Positions 9,018 to 20,926 of a stretch of 47,135 bases of DNA are shown here, one piece after another. The notes under the pieces are model-generated. The model saw only the letters and a list, made by a program, of their open reading frames with translations. It was not told where the DNA came from and did no database searches. The stretch lies in the NCBI GenBank assembly GCA_027084135.1, contig JALWLO010000076.1:1-47135 (forward strand). Reading direction: 5' to 3'. How positions within the stretch are numbered: position 1 is the first letter of the stretch; the number at the start of each line of letters is the position of its first letter. This DNA comes from Campylobacterales bacterium. GTDB lineage: Bacteria > Campylobacterota > Campylobacteria > Campylobacterales > QNZT01. Made by a program: the position numbers and the translations under genes.

Positions 9018-9397
9018 CTTTTCTGTTTATCGCTATCTATCTCTATAACAGTATGGACATTTCCTCTGGGGTTAAAGTCGGCAGTCACTTTGAGCCACTT
9101 TGGCCGGAGTTTGGAGTAGAGGAGGTCATAGATCTCATTTGCGCTATCTTCATGGCTGATGTAACGGTTTAAAAAGGTGTTGATATAGAGTTTAAGCGCT
9201 TTTAACTCTACCACCCACTTATCGGGTATATACTCTACATAGATAGTCGCAAAGTCCGGATAACCGCTTCTTGGACATCTACAGGAAAACTCCGGCAGAG
9301 TGATCTTGATCGTATAATCCTTCTCATGCCTATTTTCCCATATCTCAAGATTTTTATCTACATCAAACTCAGCTATCTCTTTTTCGCCGTATTTCAT
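9014..9397 (-). CDS. queF: NADPH-dependent 7-cyano-7-deazaguanine reductase QueF.
   Basis: Carries the EFSCRCPRSGYPDF (Cys-x-Cys-Pro) signature and HED motif-like residues. It is 127 aa, the unimodular QueF length. Confidence 0.9.
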   Translation of the reverse strand: MKYGEKEIAEFDVDKNLEIWENRHEKDYTIKITLPEFSCRCPRSGYPDFATIYVEYIPDKWVVELKALKLYINTFLNRYISHEDSANEIYDLLYSKLRPKWLKVTADFNPRGNVHTVIEIDSDKQKR

Positions 9398-9521
9398 TTT
9401 AATATCTCCTTTTCAAGAAGCTAATCTCCTTGAAAATTCCTCTTACTTTTAAGGTTCCCATAAAATTTCCAAATTTTATGGGATAAACTTTTGCTTCGAC
9501 TTCGGTGAAAAAAATTTTCAT

Positions 9522-11846
<2,325 letters not shown>

Positions 11847-12914
11847 TTAAATCATAATAGGCATCACTACCGTGATAAAATTTTCACTTGCTAAAACAAA
11901 TGGTAAAGTAGAATCATTATACCTTAATTTAAATTCATTCTTTTGTATATGTGTTAAGAAATCTAAAATATATTTACTATTTACCGCTAAAACGATATCT
12001 TCAGATAGGTTTGAGATAAAGTCAAGTTGCGTTCTACCCTCTAAGTTTTCGTCATTGAGAGACTCAAAGACGATCGCGTCGTTTCTAAAGGTGAGTTTTA
12101 ACTCTTGAGAGACGGTTGATATCTGTCTGATATGATCTATCATAAGGTCTCGATTGAGGATAAGTTCATACTTTTTCTCTTTGGGAATTATTCTCTCATA
12201 GTCGGGAAATTTACCGTTTATCAGTTTGGTAAAAAATGTAAAGCTTTCACTCTTTACGATCATCGTGTTTTCATCATAGTAGATCACCATCTCATCAAAG
12301 AAGAGCTTTTGGATATCAAGTATCGCTTTTTTTGGAATGATCAAAGAGAGCTCTTTATCTATCTCATTTTCGACACTTACGACCGCAAGTCTCCTTGTAT
12401 CTGTCGCTACAAAGTTGATGTGACCCTCTTTGATATCTATGAGTGCTCCGTTAAGTTCATATTTTGGATTGTTCGTGTCTATAGTGGGGGAGATCTTTTT
12501 GATAGATTGTATAAATGTCATAGGGTCGATATCAAACCTTGCTTTTCCTTCAGTTGTAGGAAACTCCGGATACTCATTTGTATTAAACATAGGGAACTTG
12601 AATTTTGACTTATTTTGCTTAATGTGAAGAAAACTATCCTCTACATGGAGTATCACATCTTCATCCCTTAGACTCTTTACAATATCAAGCAGTTTTTTAC
12701 CGTTTGCCGTAGCCATACCGGGTACAGCTATGTTTATATTTTTACTCTCCATAGAGATACCGACTTCAAAATCGGTAGCTTTGATACTAAGGAGATCATC
12801 ATGTGCATTGAGTAGGACATGTGAAGTGATTTGAGAGGAGTCTTTTTTATCCAAAAAACCTTGAGCGTTTACCAGCATCTGTTCCAAGACATTTTTGTTA
12901 ATGGAAATATTCAT
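11847..12914 (-). CDS. dnaN: DNA polymerase III beta sliding clamp.
   Basis: A 355-aa ORF with a three-domain clamp pattern. It sits between dnaA and gyrB. Confidence 0.9.
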   Translation of the reverse strand: MNISINKNVLEQMLVNAQGFLDKKDSSQITSHVLLNAHDDLLSIKATDFEVGISMESKNINIAVPGMATANGKKLLDIVKSLRDEDVILHVEDSFLHIKQNKSKFKFPMFNTNEYPEFPTTEGKARFDIDPMTFIQSIKKISPTIDTNNPKYELNGALIDIKEGHINFVATDTRRLAVVSVENEIDKELSLIIPKKAILDIQKLFFDEMVIYYDENTMIVKSESFTFFTKLINGKFPDYERIIPKEKKYELILNRDLMIDHIRQISTVSQELKLTFRNDAIVFESLNDENLEGRTQLDFISNLSEDIVLAVNSKYILDFLTHIQKNEFKLRYNDSTLPFVLASENFITVVMPIMI

Positions 12915-12971
12915 TTGAAAATCCTTATTTATTTAAATATACTTTAGTAATAGTAGTAGGTATGTTGAAAA

Positions 12972-13052
12972 TGTGAAAACACCAACTAAATGCCCATATA
13001 ATAGTAAAATTTGCATTAATAACTTTTGATTTTTTTTCACATGTGGTCACAT
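12972..13052. promoter_or_regulatory. DnaA-box cluster in the dnaA-dnaN spacer (candidate oriC sub-region).
   Basis: Contains TGTGAAAAC and TTTTTCACATGTGGTCACAT. The 13-mer TTTTTCACATGTG recurs upstream of dnaA. Confidence 0.55.
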
Positions 13053-13172
13053 ATTTTTACAAAAATTGTAACTAAATGGTGATACTCGAACAAGCTCTAC
13101 AGCGTAACAGTCAAAATCTTTTGATTATGGGTACCGTAGAGAAGCTGTTGGTGAGTGTTACTATGTAGTTAC

Positions 13173-14495
13173 CTAAACCGATGTAATTTTGTTTTTCAAC
13201 TCCTCTACCTTTAGTCTAAAGTTTTCATTTTCTTCTATGAGTTGATTGATCTTTTTCATGTTATGAGAGACTGCCGTATGATCTTTCATGCCGAAGTATT
13301 CTGCAAGAGCTGGCATAGAGTTTGGGGTGAGAGTTCTAGCTAGATATATCCCTATTCTTCGTGCTTCTACGATGTTTTTATTTCTTTTTTTTGATTTGAT
13401 ATCACTCGGTCTAATTCCAAGCTCTTTTGAGATCACTTTGATGATCTCTTCAAGTGTGATGTTTTCTCGTTTTTCTCTGATATGCTCTTTCATCACATCT
13501 TTTGCAAACTCGAGCGTTATTTCACCTTGAGTCATAAGATCCGAATAGGCTTTGAGTTTGTTTAGAGCACTCTCTATCTCTCTGATATTTTCACCGAGAT
13601 TTGAGGCGATAAAGTTGATGATTTTGTTGTCTAACTTGATCTCGTTTAATTCACACTTCTTTTTGATGATATTGATTTTAGTTTCAAGTTCAGGAGGCTG
13701 GATATCGATGGTGATACCCCACTCAAATCTCGTAATGATCCTCTCCTCGAAACCGGCTATCTTTTTTGGCGGCTTGTCTGAAGTGAGTACGATCTGCTTA
13801 TTTTGGGAGTGGAGCTGGTTAAATGTGTGAAAAAACTCCTCTTGGGTCTCCTTTTTGTTTGAGAAAAATTGTACATCATCTATGAGGAGATAGTCACACT
13901 CTCTATACTTTTGACGAAACTTTTCCATCGTGTTGGATCTGAGGTGGTTGATGTACTCATTCATAAACTCTTCGCTTGTTGCGTAGATTACGATTTTATC
14001 TCTCTTTATCGCTTCATTTCCTATAGCGTGCAAAAGGTGTGTTTTTCCAAGACCGGAAAATCCATAGATAAAGTAAGGATTGTATGATTTTGTATGCGAT
14101 TCGCTTATATTTCTTGCAATGGAGTATGCTATCTGGTTAGAGTTACCGACGACAAATGAGTCAAAGGTGTAGGAAGGGTTTAGGATCGAACTCCTTTTTT
14201 TACTCTCTTTAGCTTTAGTTTGGTGTGATTGAGTAGCCGATGAGGATGGGTGTGAATAGTTTTTTGTCGTTATCTCGATTTCAATGCTATTTCCATCTCT
14301 CTCTTTAACGATGGAAGCCATCTTTTTTCGATATTTAGTACTAACCCATTTGGCAATAATTGGATTTGGTGCTATAAATAGAGCTTTGGTGCTATTTGAG
14401 TTTTTTTCATCATATTTGAGAGGCTTGATATATCTTTCATATTCATTTTTGGTTATTTCACTCTTTAAAAGCTCCAATATCTCGCTTGATGACAT
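13173..14495 (-). CDS. dnaA: Chromosomal replication initiator DnaA.
   Basis: A 440-aa ORF with the Walker A motif GLGKTHLL. Its C-terminal DNA-binding domain IV is present. Confidence 0.95.
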   Translation of the reverse strand: MSSSEILELLKSEITKNEYERYIKPLKYDEKNSNSTKALFIAPNPIIAKWVSTKYRKKMASIVKERDGNSIEIEITTKNYSHPSSSATQSHQTKAKESKKRSSILNPSYTFDSFVVGNSNQIAYSIARNISESHTKSYNPYFIYGFSGLGKTHLLHAIGNEAIKRDKIVIYATSEEFMNEYINHLRSNTMEKFRQKYRECDYLLIDDVQFFSNKKETQEEFFHTFNQLHSQNKQIVLTSDKPPKKIAGFEERIITRFEWGITIDIQPPELETKINIIKKKCELNEIKLDNKIINFIASNLGENIREIESALNKLKAYSDLMTQGEITLEFAKDVMKEHIREKRENITLEEIIKVISKELGIRPSDIKSKKRNKNIVEARRIGIYLARTLTPNSMPALAEYFGMKDHTAVSHNMKKINQLIEENENFRLKVEELKNKITSV

Positions 14496-14508
14496 CTATT
14501 TTCTCACT

Positions 14509-14550
14509 TTATTCACATATATTTTTCACATGTGAATAAGTTTATCACAT
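14509..14550. promoter_or_regulatory. DnaA-box cluster immediately upstream of dnaA (candidate oriC).
   Basis: TTATTCACA, TTTTTCACA, an inverted TGTGAATAA and TTTATCACA all lie within 42 bp. Confidence 0.6.
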
Positions 14551-14624
14551 CTCACATTAATCCCAAATATTGTATTAGAAAGTGTATCAGATGCGTTGAT
14601 GTGCCGGCTAATGCAAAATTTGGG

Positions 14625-15611
14625 TTAATAGTTCTCTATGGAGTCAAAATTCCAACCATCCTCTCTGAGAAGAGAGATAAGTTCTCGTAGTTTCTCTTTT
14701 CCGTTAAATCTATCTTTAAATGTAAAATCATGCATTAAGAGGATAAATTTTCCTCTCTTTTTCGTTTTACCTCTGTTGTAGATGTGATTTATCCTTCTTA
14801 GCATCTCTTGCGGTGATTTGTATAGTTTTCCGTCTCTTGGGCGATAATCCCACTGATAATCCCAGCCGTAAATATGAAATCCCTCATTTGCAAGGGCATC
14901 ATAACTTTGCTCTTCATGACGACTTTTTGGGATCGCCGGATCATCACATCTAAGAGCTCCGACTCGAAAAACATTTCTACCCGCCAAACGGCAGTACTTT
15001 CCGTCTATAAATTGACCGGAATTTTGTAAAACAACATTCATTCTATTTAAATCACTCACTACATTGTATGGATTGGAATAAAATCGTCTATAGCGTCTAT
15101 TAGCATGTGAATAAGTATGGTTGGCAACGAGTATCAAAGGATCAGAAACGGCGATTTTAAAGACTCTTTTGTGTGATGGAGAAGTGTTTATGTGTTTTCC
15201 TATCATAAACATTGTCGCAGGGATACCCTCCTCTTGCAATACATCTATGACATTTTGCGTTCCGTTTAGTGGACCGTCATCAAAGGTGAGATAGATCGTT
15301 TTATCTTCATTGGAGTTGATAAAGAGTCTCTTTTTTTGATGCGCTCTCTTTTTGATTTTTTGTTTGTGGAGAGTTTTTTTTCTTTTATGTCTCTTTTTTG
15401 GTTTTATCTCTATCGGTTTTATGACATCGTTTTGCGGGATGGAGTAGCTGTTGTCATAAGCAGTTTCATTGTAAGGAGTGAGTGTACCGTCATCATTGAC
15501 AAACATCCAACCGGCAGTGAGATTTAACGAGGCTATCATAAGCAAACTAAAGCGTTTTAACATCCAACTAATCACTTTCACAAAATATAACCAAAATTGT
15601 ATCTTTATCAA
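14625..15611 (-). CDS. Polysaccharide deacetylase (NodB-homology domain, PgdA-like) with a signal anchor and a K/R-rich linker.
   Basis: Has the TFDDGP and HTYSH NodB motifs. A basic run KPKKRHKRKKTLHKQKIKKRAHQKKR is present. The true start may be the internal Met at about 15560. Confidence 0.75.
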   Translation of the reverse strand: MIKIQFWLYFVKVISWMLKRFSLLMIASLNLTAGWMFVNDDGTLTPYNETAYDNSYSIPQNDVIKPIEIKPKKRHKRKKTLHKQKIKKRAHQKKRLFINSNEDKTIYLTFDDGPLNGTQNVIDVLQEEGIPATMFMIGKHINTSPSHKRVFKIAVSDPLILVANHTYSHANRRYRRFYSNPYNVVSDLNRMNVVLQNSGQFIDGKYCRLAGRNVFRVGALRCDDPAIPKSRHEEQSYDALANEGFHIYGWDYQWDYRPRDGKLYKSPQEMLRRINHIYNRGKTKKRGKFILLMHDFTFKDRFNGKEKLRELISLLREDGWNFDSIENY

Positions 15612-15656
15612 ATTTTAAATAGAATTAATGAAATATACTAAATTTATTGCATAAAC

Positions 15657-15685
15657 TTTTCACATAGTGAATTTTATGTGAATAA
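15657..15685. promoter_or_regulatory. Third DnaA-box-like pair, in the divergent promoter region before ruvC.
   Basis: TTTTCACATAGTGAATTTTATGTGAATAA contains both TTTTCACA and TGTGAATAA. Confidence 0.45.
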
Positions 15686-15706
15686 ATTAGAAAAATGGGC
15701 TAATAA

Positions 15707-16177
15707 ATGACTATACTCGGTATCGATCCAGGTACGATAAATTGCGGCTATGCTATCATTAAGAAAGAGAAACATAAAATCAAACTAATTGAAGCCGGCT
15801 TGATAAAAATCAAAGAGAAAGAGCTTCAATATCAAATTTCTCAATTAGTTGAAGGTATTGACTTGATATTAAAAAATCACTCTATTGATGAGGTGGTGAT
15901 CGAAGATATTTTTTACGCATATAACCCAAAAACCGTACTAAAATTGGCTCAATTTAGAGGAGCTTTAAGTCTAAAAATTATCCAAGAGATAGGTAACTTT
16001 AGTGAATATACTCCACTCCAAGTTAAAAAGGCGGTTACAGGAAATGGAAAAGCGAAAAAGGAGCAGGTGGCATTTATGGTGAAAAATATTTTAGGTATCA
16101 AAAAAGAGATAAAACCCCTCGATATCACTGATGCTATCGCCATCGCTTTGACGCATGCACAGAGGATCAAATGTTAA
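15707..16177 (+). CDS. ruvC: Holliday junction resolvase RuvC.
   Basis: An [18 protein letters not shown]-terminus. It is 156 aa. Confidence 0.9.
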   Translation: MTILGIDPGTINCGYAIIKKEKHKIKLIEAGLIKIKEKELQYQISQLVEGIDLILKNHSIDEVVIEDIFYAYNPKTVLKLAQFRGALSLKIIQEIGNFSEYTPLQVKKAVTGNGKAKKEQVAFMVKNILGIKKEIKPLDITDAIAIALTHAQRIKC

Positions 16178-16299
16178 TTTTTTTATCGTTTTGACGATAT
16201 AGAGATATAAATCCAAAATTTGCATTAGCTGATAATTGATGCAGATGATGTACCTTTTAATGCAAAATTTGGGGTAAAATTCAACTTAAGGTAACGCTT

Positions 16300-17052
16300 A
16301 TGAAAAGATTTCTTCAATTATCCATCGCAAGTTCTCTCTTTATGACTCCGATCTTCGCATCAAATATCGAGCTTCAAGGAAACACAGTAGGTGCTGAGGT
16401 GAGTATGTACGGTCTAGGACTCAATTATAAAGCAAAATTTAGTGACTATCTAGGCATACGAGCTAGTTTTGATAAGTTTAAAAAGAGTGATATAGAGCTA
16501 ACAGAGGAGACAAACGGGATAGAGACAAATTATAATTTTGATTTGGATCTAAATGATATGCTCTTTATCGGTGACTATCATCCATGGAGAGGAAGTTTCA
16601 AACTCTCAGCCGGTATGATTATTAACAACTCTAACCTTGACGGTGTTATTACTCCTAAAGCAAAAGATGATAATGATTTTGAGTTCACATTTAATGGACA
16701 CATATATTCTACTAAAGAGGTAGGAAGCGTCAATACCAAAGTTGACTGGGATCCGGTAGCTCCTTATATCGGTATAGGTTGGGATACATCATTTGATAAA
16801 GATAAAGGATGGGGTTTCACATGCGACTTAGGTATAGCGTTTCAGGGTTCGGCAAAAGCCACTTATAGCGTAAACTACGGTGAAGCACTGAAAGATAATC
16901 CAGATGATACACCGATAGAAAAAGAGGCAAAAGCCGAGACTCGAAGACGGATCAAAAGCGATCTTGATGAAGAGATGAACAAACTCCAAGATGATTTGGA
17001 TGACTACAAGATACTTCCTTATATCTCTTTTGGTATAAACTATAAGTTCTAA
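16300..17052 (+). CDS. Putative outer-membrane beta-barrel protein.
   Basis: A signal peptide, an alternating amphipathic beta pattern and a C-terminal ...INYKF-COOH. Confidence 0.45.
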   Translation: MKRFLQLSIASSLFMTPIFASNIELQGNTVGAEVSMYGLGLNYKAKFSDYLGIRASFDKFKKSDIELTEETNGIETNYNFDLDLNDMLFIGDYHPWRGSFKLSAGMIINNSNLDGVITPKAKDDNDFEFTFNGHIYSTKEVGSVNTKVDWDPVAPYIGIGWDTSFDKDKGWGFTCDLGIAFQGSAKATYSVNYGEALKDNPDDTPIEKEAKAETRRRIKSDLDEEMNKLQDDLDDYKILPYISFGINYKF

Positions 17053-17154
17053 TATCTTATTTGCGATTTTTTTGTTAGTACTAATTATTATTTAGTACTA
17101 ACTCTTATGAAAAAATATATATAATATCCTAACTACCAAGGAAAGGTAATAAAG

Positions 17155-18420
17155 ATGAAGATCATCGACTACTTTAAAGAGATCACAAAGATACCGCACT
17201 GCTCAAATGCCACTACACTTCTTAGAGATTTTCTTGTCTCCTTTGCAAAATCAAAAGGTTATAGCCTCAAAGTTGATGAAAAAGGAAATATCTTAGCCTC
17301 ATCTTCAGATCCAAAACTCTGTCTCCAAGCCCACTATGATATGGTTTGTGTCGGTAAAGCTCCGGAGATAGAAGTGGTAGAAGAGGAGGGGTGGCTTAAA
17401 GCGCAAGATAGCTCTCTTGGAGCCGATAACGGCATAGCGATAGCGATGATGATGGTGTTGATGGATGAGAGAAGGGAAGCAGAGTTTCTATTTACCAATG
17501 ATGAAGAGATCGGACTCAAGGGTGCAGAAGCCCTAAAATTTGATCTCAAATCAAAATATATGCTCAATCTCGATAGCGAAGATGAAGCCCAAGTCTATGT
17601 AGGGTGTGCAGGCGGAGTGGATATAAAGGCGACAAAAGCTTATGATACGGAGTTTAGAGAGGGTGACTTTTATGAAGTAAAAACCGAGGGGCTCAAAGGT
17701 GGACACTCTGGAGTGGATATAGATAAAGGTATCCCAAATGCTATCAAACTCTTTGCCTCTTATGTGAAAGATAAAGATATATGTATAGCTCATATCAAAG
17801 GGGGTGAGAGGCTAAACTCCATACCGGTTCATCTAAGAGCGATAGTTTGCTCCGATCAAAAGGTATCAAGCGGAGAGAATATCGATTTCAGACGATTTGA
17901 CGGTAGATTTAAGGTGATAAAAAGGAGTGATGAGATCATCTCTTTATTAAATAATTTTAAAAATGGAGTTCTTGAAGAAAACGCCGAGTTGGGTATCCCA
18001 AATAGTAGTGCAAACTTGGCTCTTATCTCTTTTGAAGAGGGCATTTTGACGATAGAGGTGAGTTTGAGAGCGATGGATAATGAAACACTCGATACTATAG
18101 CGCTTAGTACTAAAGCCTTTTTTGAGCGTTTTGGCTATAGTGTTGAGGTACATGATAGATATCCGGCATGGAATCCTAAAATAACTGATTTTGCAAAGAG
18201 GGTTGATGAGAAGATGAGAGAGGTATTTAAAAAGAGCAGTTTCAAAGCGATACATGCCGGACTTGAGTGCGGTATCATCAGTTCTATTTACCCGAATATG
18301 CAGATAGCCTCTATCGGTCCAAATATCAGATCACCCCACTCTACGAGCGAGAGAGTAGAGATAGAGTCTGTGGAAAAGACCTATCGAGTACTAAGTAAAA
18401 TAGTGGATGCGTTTAGTTGA
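17155..18420 (+). CDS. M20-family dipeptidase (PepD/aminoacyl-histidine dipeptidase-like).
   Basis: Has HYDMVCV, GADNGIAIA and FTNDEEIGLKGA metal-ligand motifs. It is 421 aa. Confidence 0.7.
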   Translation: MKIIDYFKEITKIPHCSNATTLLRDFLVSFAKSKGYSLKVDEKGNILASSSDPKLCLQAHYDMVCVGKAPEIEVVEEEGWLKAQDSSLGADNGIAIAMMMVLMDERREAEFLFTNDEEIGLKGAEALKFDLKSKYMLNLDSEDEAQVYVGCAGGVDIKATKAYDTEFREGDFYEVKTEGLKGGHSGVDIDKGIPNAIKLFASYVKDKDICIAHIKGGERLNSIPVHLRAIVCSDQKVSSGENIDFRRFDGRFKVIKRSDEIISLLNNFKNGVLEENAELGIPNSSANLALISFEEGILTIEVSLRAMDNETLDTIALSTKAFFERFGYSVEVHDRYPAWNPKITDFAKRVDEKMREVFKKSSFKAIHAGLECGIISSIYPNMQIASIGPNIRSPHSTSERVEIESVEKTYRVLSKIVDAFS

Positions 18421-19307
18421 TGATAAGATATCTTTTCGTACTAATCCTTATGATAAGCGGATGTAGCATGAAAAAGCCTATAACACTCGATAAAACCTTA
18501 AAACATAGTATGTCACAAGATATCGATCTCTACTATGAAGAGAAGGGTGAAGGTGAGCCGATGGTACTACTTCACGGCTTTGCCTCATCATCCTACTCAT
18601 TTAGATATATCATCCCCGAGCTTGCAAAATATCATAAAGTCTATGCCGTCGATCTTAAAGGATTTGGAAAATCCCCCAAACCCAAAGATGATAGATACTC
18701 CGTGTATGACCAGTATCTTTTGGTAAAGAGATTTATCCAAAAACACCATATCAAAAATCCCATACTTCTCGGACACTCGTTTGGAGGCGGAGTAGCACTG
18801 CTTTTGACGCTAGATAGTGAGATAAAACCCAAAAAGCTGATACTCATCGATGCCGCCGCATACAAACAGAGACGCCCTAAACTCCTTAGGTGGGCGATGA
18901 TCCCGTTTCTCGGTAAAGCAGCTCTCTATATGCTTCCGGCATCCTATCAGGCAAAGTCAGGCTATGAGTATGCTTTTTATAATGACAAAAAGATACCCAA
19001 AGAGGGTGTAGAAAGCGTAGCGAAAGCACTTGGAAGCAGAGGTGGAAAGTATGCCTTTGCCAAAGCAAATGAGGAGTTGATACCCGATGACATAGAGGAG
19101 ATAAGTAGTCGCTACAAAGAGATAAGCACTCCAACACTCATCATCTGGGGAGATAAAGATATAGTGATACGAAAAAGTAAAGCTTACCGCCTCCACCGTG
19201 ATATCAAAAACTCAATATTAAAAATCATCCCAAATTGCGGACATATCCCGCAAGAGGAGCAACCACAGTTAGTACTAAGATACATCAAAGAATTTCTAGG
19301 AGATTGA
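18417..19307 (+). CDS. Alpha/beta-hydrolase-fold lipoprotein.
   Basis: A lipobox LILMISGCS, an HGF oxyanion motif, a GHSFGG nucleophile elbow and a C-terminal His. Confidence 0.75.
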   Translation: MMIRYLFVLILMISGCSMKKPITLDKTLKHSMSQDIDLYYEEKGEGEPMVLLHGFASSSYSFRYIIPELAKYHKVYAVDLKGFGKSPKPKDDRYSVYDQYLLVKRFIQKHHIKNPILLGHSFGGGVALLLTLDSEIKPKKLILIDAAAYKQRRPKLLRWAMIPFLGKAALYMLPASYQAKSGYEYAFYNDKKIPKEGVESVAKALGSRGGKYAFAKANEELIPDDIEEISSRYKEISTPTLIIWGDKDIVIRKSKAYRLHRDIKNSILKIIPNCGHIPQEEQPQLVLRYIKEFLGD

Positions 19308-19308
19308 G

Positions 19309-19698
19309 ATGAAGATAAGAAATATCGTTTTTGGTCTGCTTTTTGCATTTTTAGTCACATTTTTCCTCTATCAAAAGGGGATAATATTTGCCAATTTTGA
19401 GACGATAGAGCCGACAAAGTTAGAGCAGTTTATGCGTGATGGGAACACAACACTTATCGATGTGAGAGAGCCTGATGAGCTTCTAAAAGAGGGTAAGATA
19501 GAGGGATCTATCAATATCCCTTTGAGTAGATTAAAAGAGCAGTTACCGACACTTCAAAAGTACAAAAAGACAAAGTTAGTCATCTATTGCCGAAGCGGAA
19601 ACAGAAGTGCCGTTGCAAGTAGAATCATCGCCGATAGAGGGTATAAAGTCTATAACCTTAAAGGTGGGATAAAGTTTTGGAAAAAGAGAAAGCCTTAG
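19309..19698 (+). CDS. Rhodanese-domain sulfurtransferase (membrane-anchored).
   Basis: Has CRSGNRS active-site loop. An N-terminal TM segment is present. Confidence 0.8.
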   Translation: MKIRNIVFGLLFAFLVTFFLYQKGIIFANFETIEPTKLEQFMRDGNTTLIDVREPDELLKEGKIEGSINIPLSRLKEQLPTLQKYKKTKLVIYCRSGNRSAVASRIIADRGYKVYNLKGGIKFWKKRKP

Positions 19699-20315
19699 TC
19701 ATACCTCTTCACACACTCTTCAAAGATATACTTATGATCTTCAGGCAGTGCGTCATACAGAGCATACGCCAATTTCTGTATCTCCCATAGGGCTGATTTA
19801 TCGCTTCTTAGAGAGAGGAAGTTTTGCAAACTTCTAGCGTTTACGCTCCAAGTAAGTTCTGTTTTGTAGCTCTCGGGTAGGCAGTATTTGGCTTTGTCGT
19901 TTGAGATACCGCTCTTTAGTACTAAACGCAAGTTTTCAAGTGCTTTGATACTCATCTCATCTACCATCGGCTCACCCGTAAAAACGAGGTACTTTTGTGC
20001 CCTTAAAGTATCTTTAGTACTAAACTCATCCTCATCTTTTAGCTCTTTGAGAGTATAACGGGTGGACTTTACCGAAAGAGATGCCATTCTGTGTCTTGCT
20101 AACTCTTGAAGAAGTGCGCGGCTGATGCCTTTGATGTAGAAGTTGTAGTAGAGATGCTCTAGGGTTGAAGAGTGTTTAAACTTATTTCCAACCCTATCGA
20201 TAAGCTCCCTATCTTTTTCGCCGCCGTTATCGCTTTTATCAAAGCTTTGCCAACAGGTTCGTATAGCGTTTGAGCAGATAGTGAGCGGTGTGTAGTGGTT
20301 GAGTGTAACTTCCAT
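19695..20315 (-). CDS. thyX: Flavin-dependent thymidylate synthase ThyX.
   Basis: Carries the RHRMASLSVKSTRY motif (the RHRx7-8S ThyX signature). It is 206 aa. Confidence 0.85.
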   Translation of the reverse strand: MEVTLNHYTPLTICSNAIRTCWQSFDKSDNGGEKDRELIDRVGNKFKHSSTLEHLYYNFYIKGISRALLQELARHRMASLSVKSTRYTLKELKDEDEFSTKDTLRAQKYLVFTGEPMVDEMSIKALENLRLVLKSGISNDKAKYCLPESYKTELTWSVNARSLQNFLSLRSDKSALWEIQKLAYALYDALPEDHKYIFEECVKRYD

Positions 20316-20364
20316 CCTATATCCTATACCCTAATTCCTAATAAAGTATATTACAAAAAAGTTA

Positions 20365-20622
20365 CTAAGAAGCTAAAAGTTCGTGTGTTATTTTGTACTC
20401 GATGATACCTTTGAGAGATATATCCTCATCTATTTTTGGAAAATGGATACCTATACCGCCTCCTATCAGTCTAAACTCCTTGAGTTGCTCTTTGGTAGCG
20501 GACTTGAGTTTAGGTGTATAGTCGTATGGGATAGTTAACACATCTCCGCTACTAAGCAGAACTAAGATTTTATCACCAAACGAGAGGTTTTTTATCACCG
20601 TTTTATCTGTTGAAGTATTCAT
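20365..20622 (-). CDS. DUF2442-family small protein.
   Basis: An 85-aa ORF whose C-terminus has the GGGIGIHFPKIDEDISLKGII pattern of DUF2442. An overlapping DUF4160-like ORF lies upstream. Confidence 0.55.
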   Translation of the reverse strand: MNTSTDKTVIKNLSFGDKILVLLSSGDVLTIPYDYTPKLKSATKEQLKEFRLIGGGIGIHFPKIDEDISLKGIIEYKITHELLAS

Positions 20623-20836
20623 TCCAAGCTCCTATAAAAAAATCCCTTTTGGTTTCTACTATCTTTTGCAGTTTTTTTATCTCTTTTTGAGAAATATTAT
20701 AACTATCTGTTATTTTTAAGTTTGAGAGTTCTATGCGAACATAGCTATCATCTTTTTCGATATGTATATGATGAGGTAAATGTTCATTACTAAAAAAGAA
20801 AAATCTATAACCTTCATATCTAAAAACTGTAGGTAT
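20603..20836 (-). CDS. DUF4160-family small protein with no canonical start codon. It may use ATA/Ile, or it may be a pseudogene.
   Basis: The minus-frame translation reads IPTVFRYEGYRFFFFSNEHLPHHIHIEKDDSYVRIELSNLKITDSY.... This matches the typical DUF4160 N-terminal PTI..Y..I.F.NDH.PPH.H signature. An in-frame stop lies just upstream with no ATG/GTG/TTG before it. The ORF is absent from the ORF track for that reason. Confidence 0.45.
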   Translation of the reverse strand: MPTVFRYEGYRFFFFSNEHLPHHIHIEKDDSYVRIELSNLKITDSYNISQKEIKKLQKIVETKRDFFIGAWNEYFNR

Positions 20837-20926
20837 GTTAACCCCAAGCTAATTCTATTGTTATTATATCATAATTTTATCTAAGCCCTTAAAGGGCTTA
20901 GAGTAGGAAAAATTTAAATTTAAGGA

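Noticed and set aside
9398-9521. Possible preQ1 riboswitch in the queF 5' region (12-bp hairpin CCCATAAAATTT/AAATTTTATGGG at 9446-9473).
   Set aside because: The stem is far longer than the 5-bp P1 of preQ1-I. No ACCC...AAAAAACUAA-type tail is present. It is more likely a gyrB terminator or a UTR hairpin.
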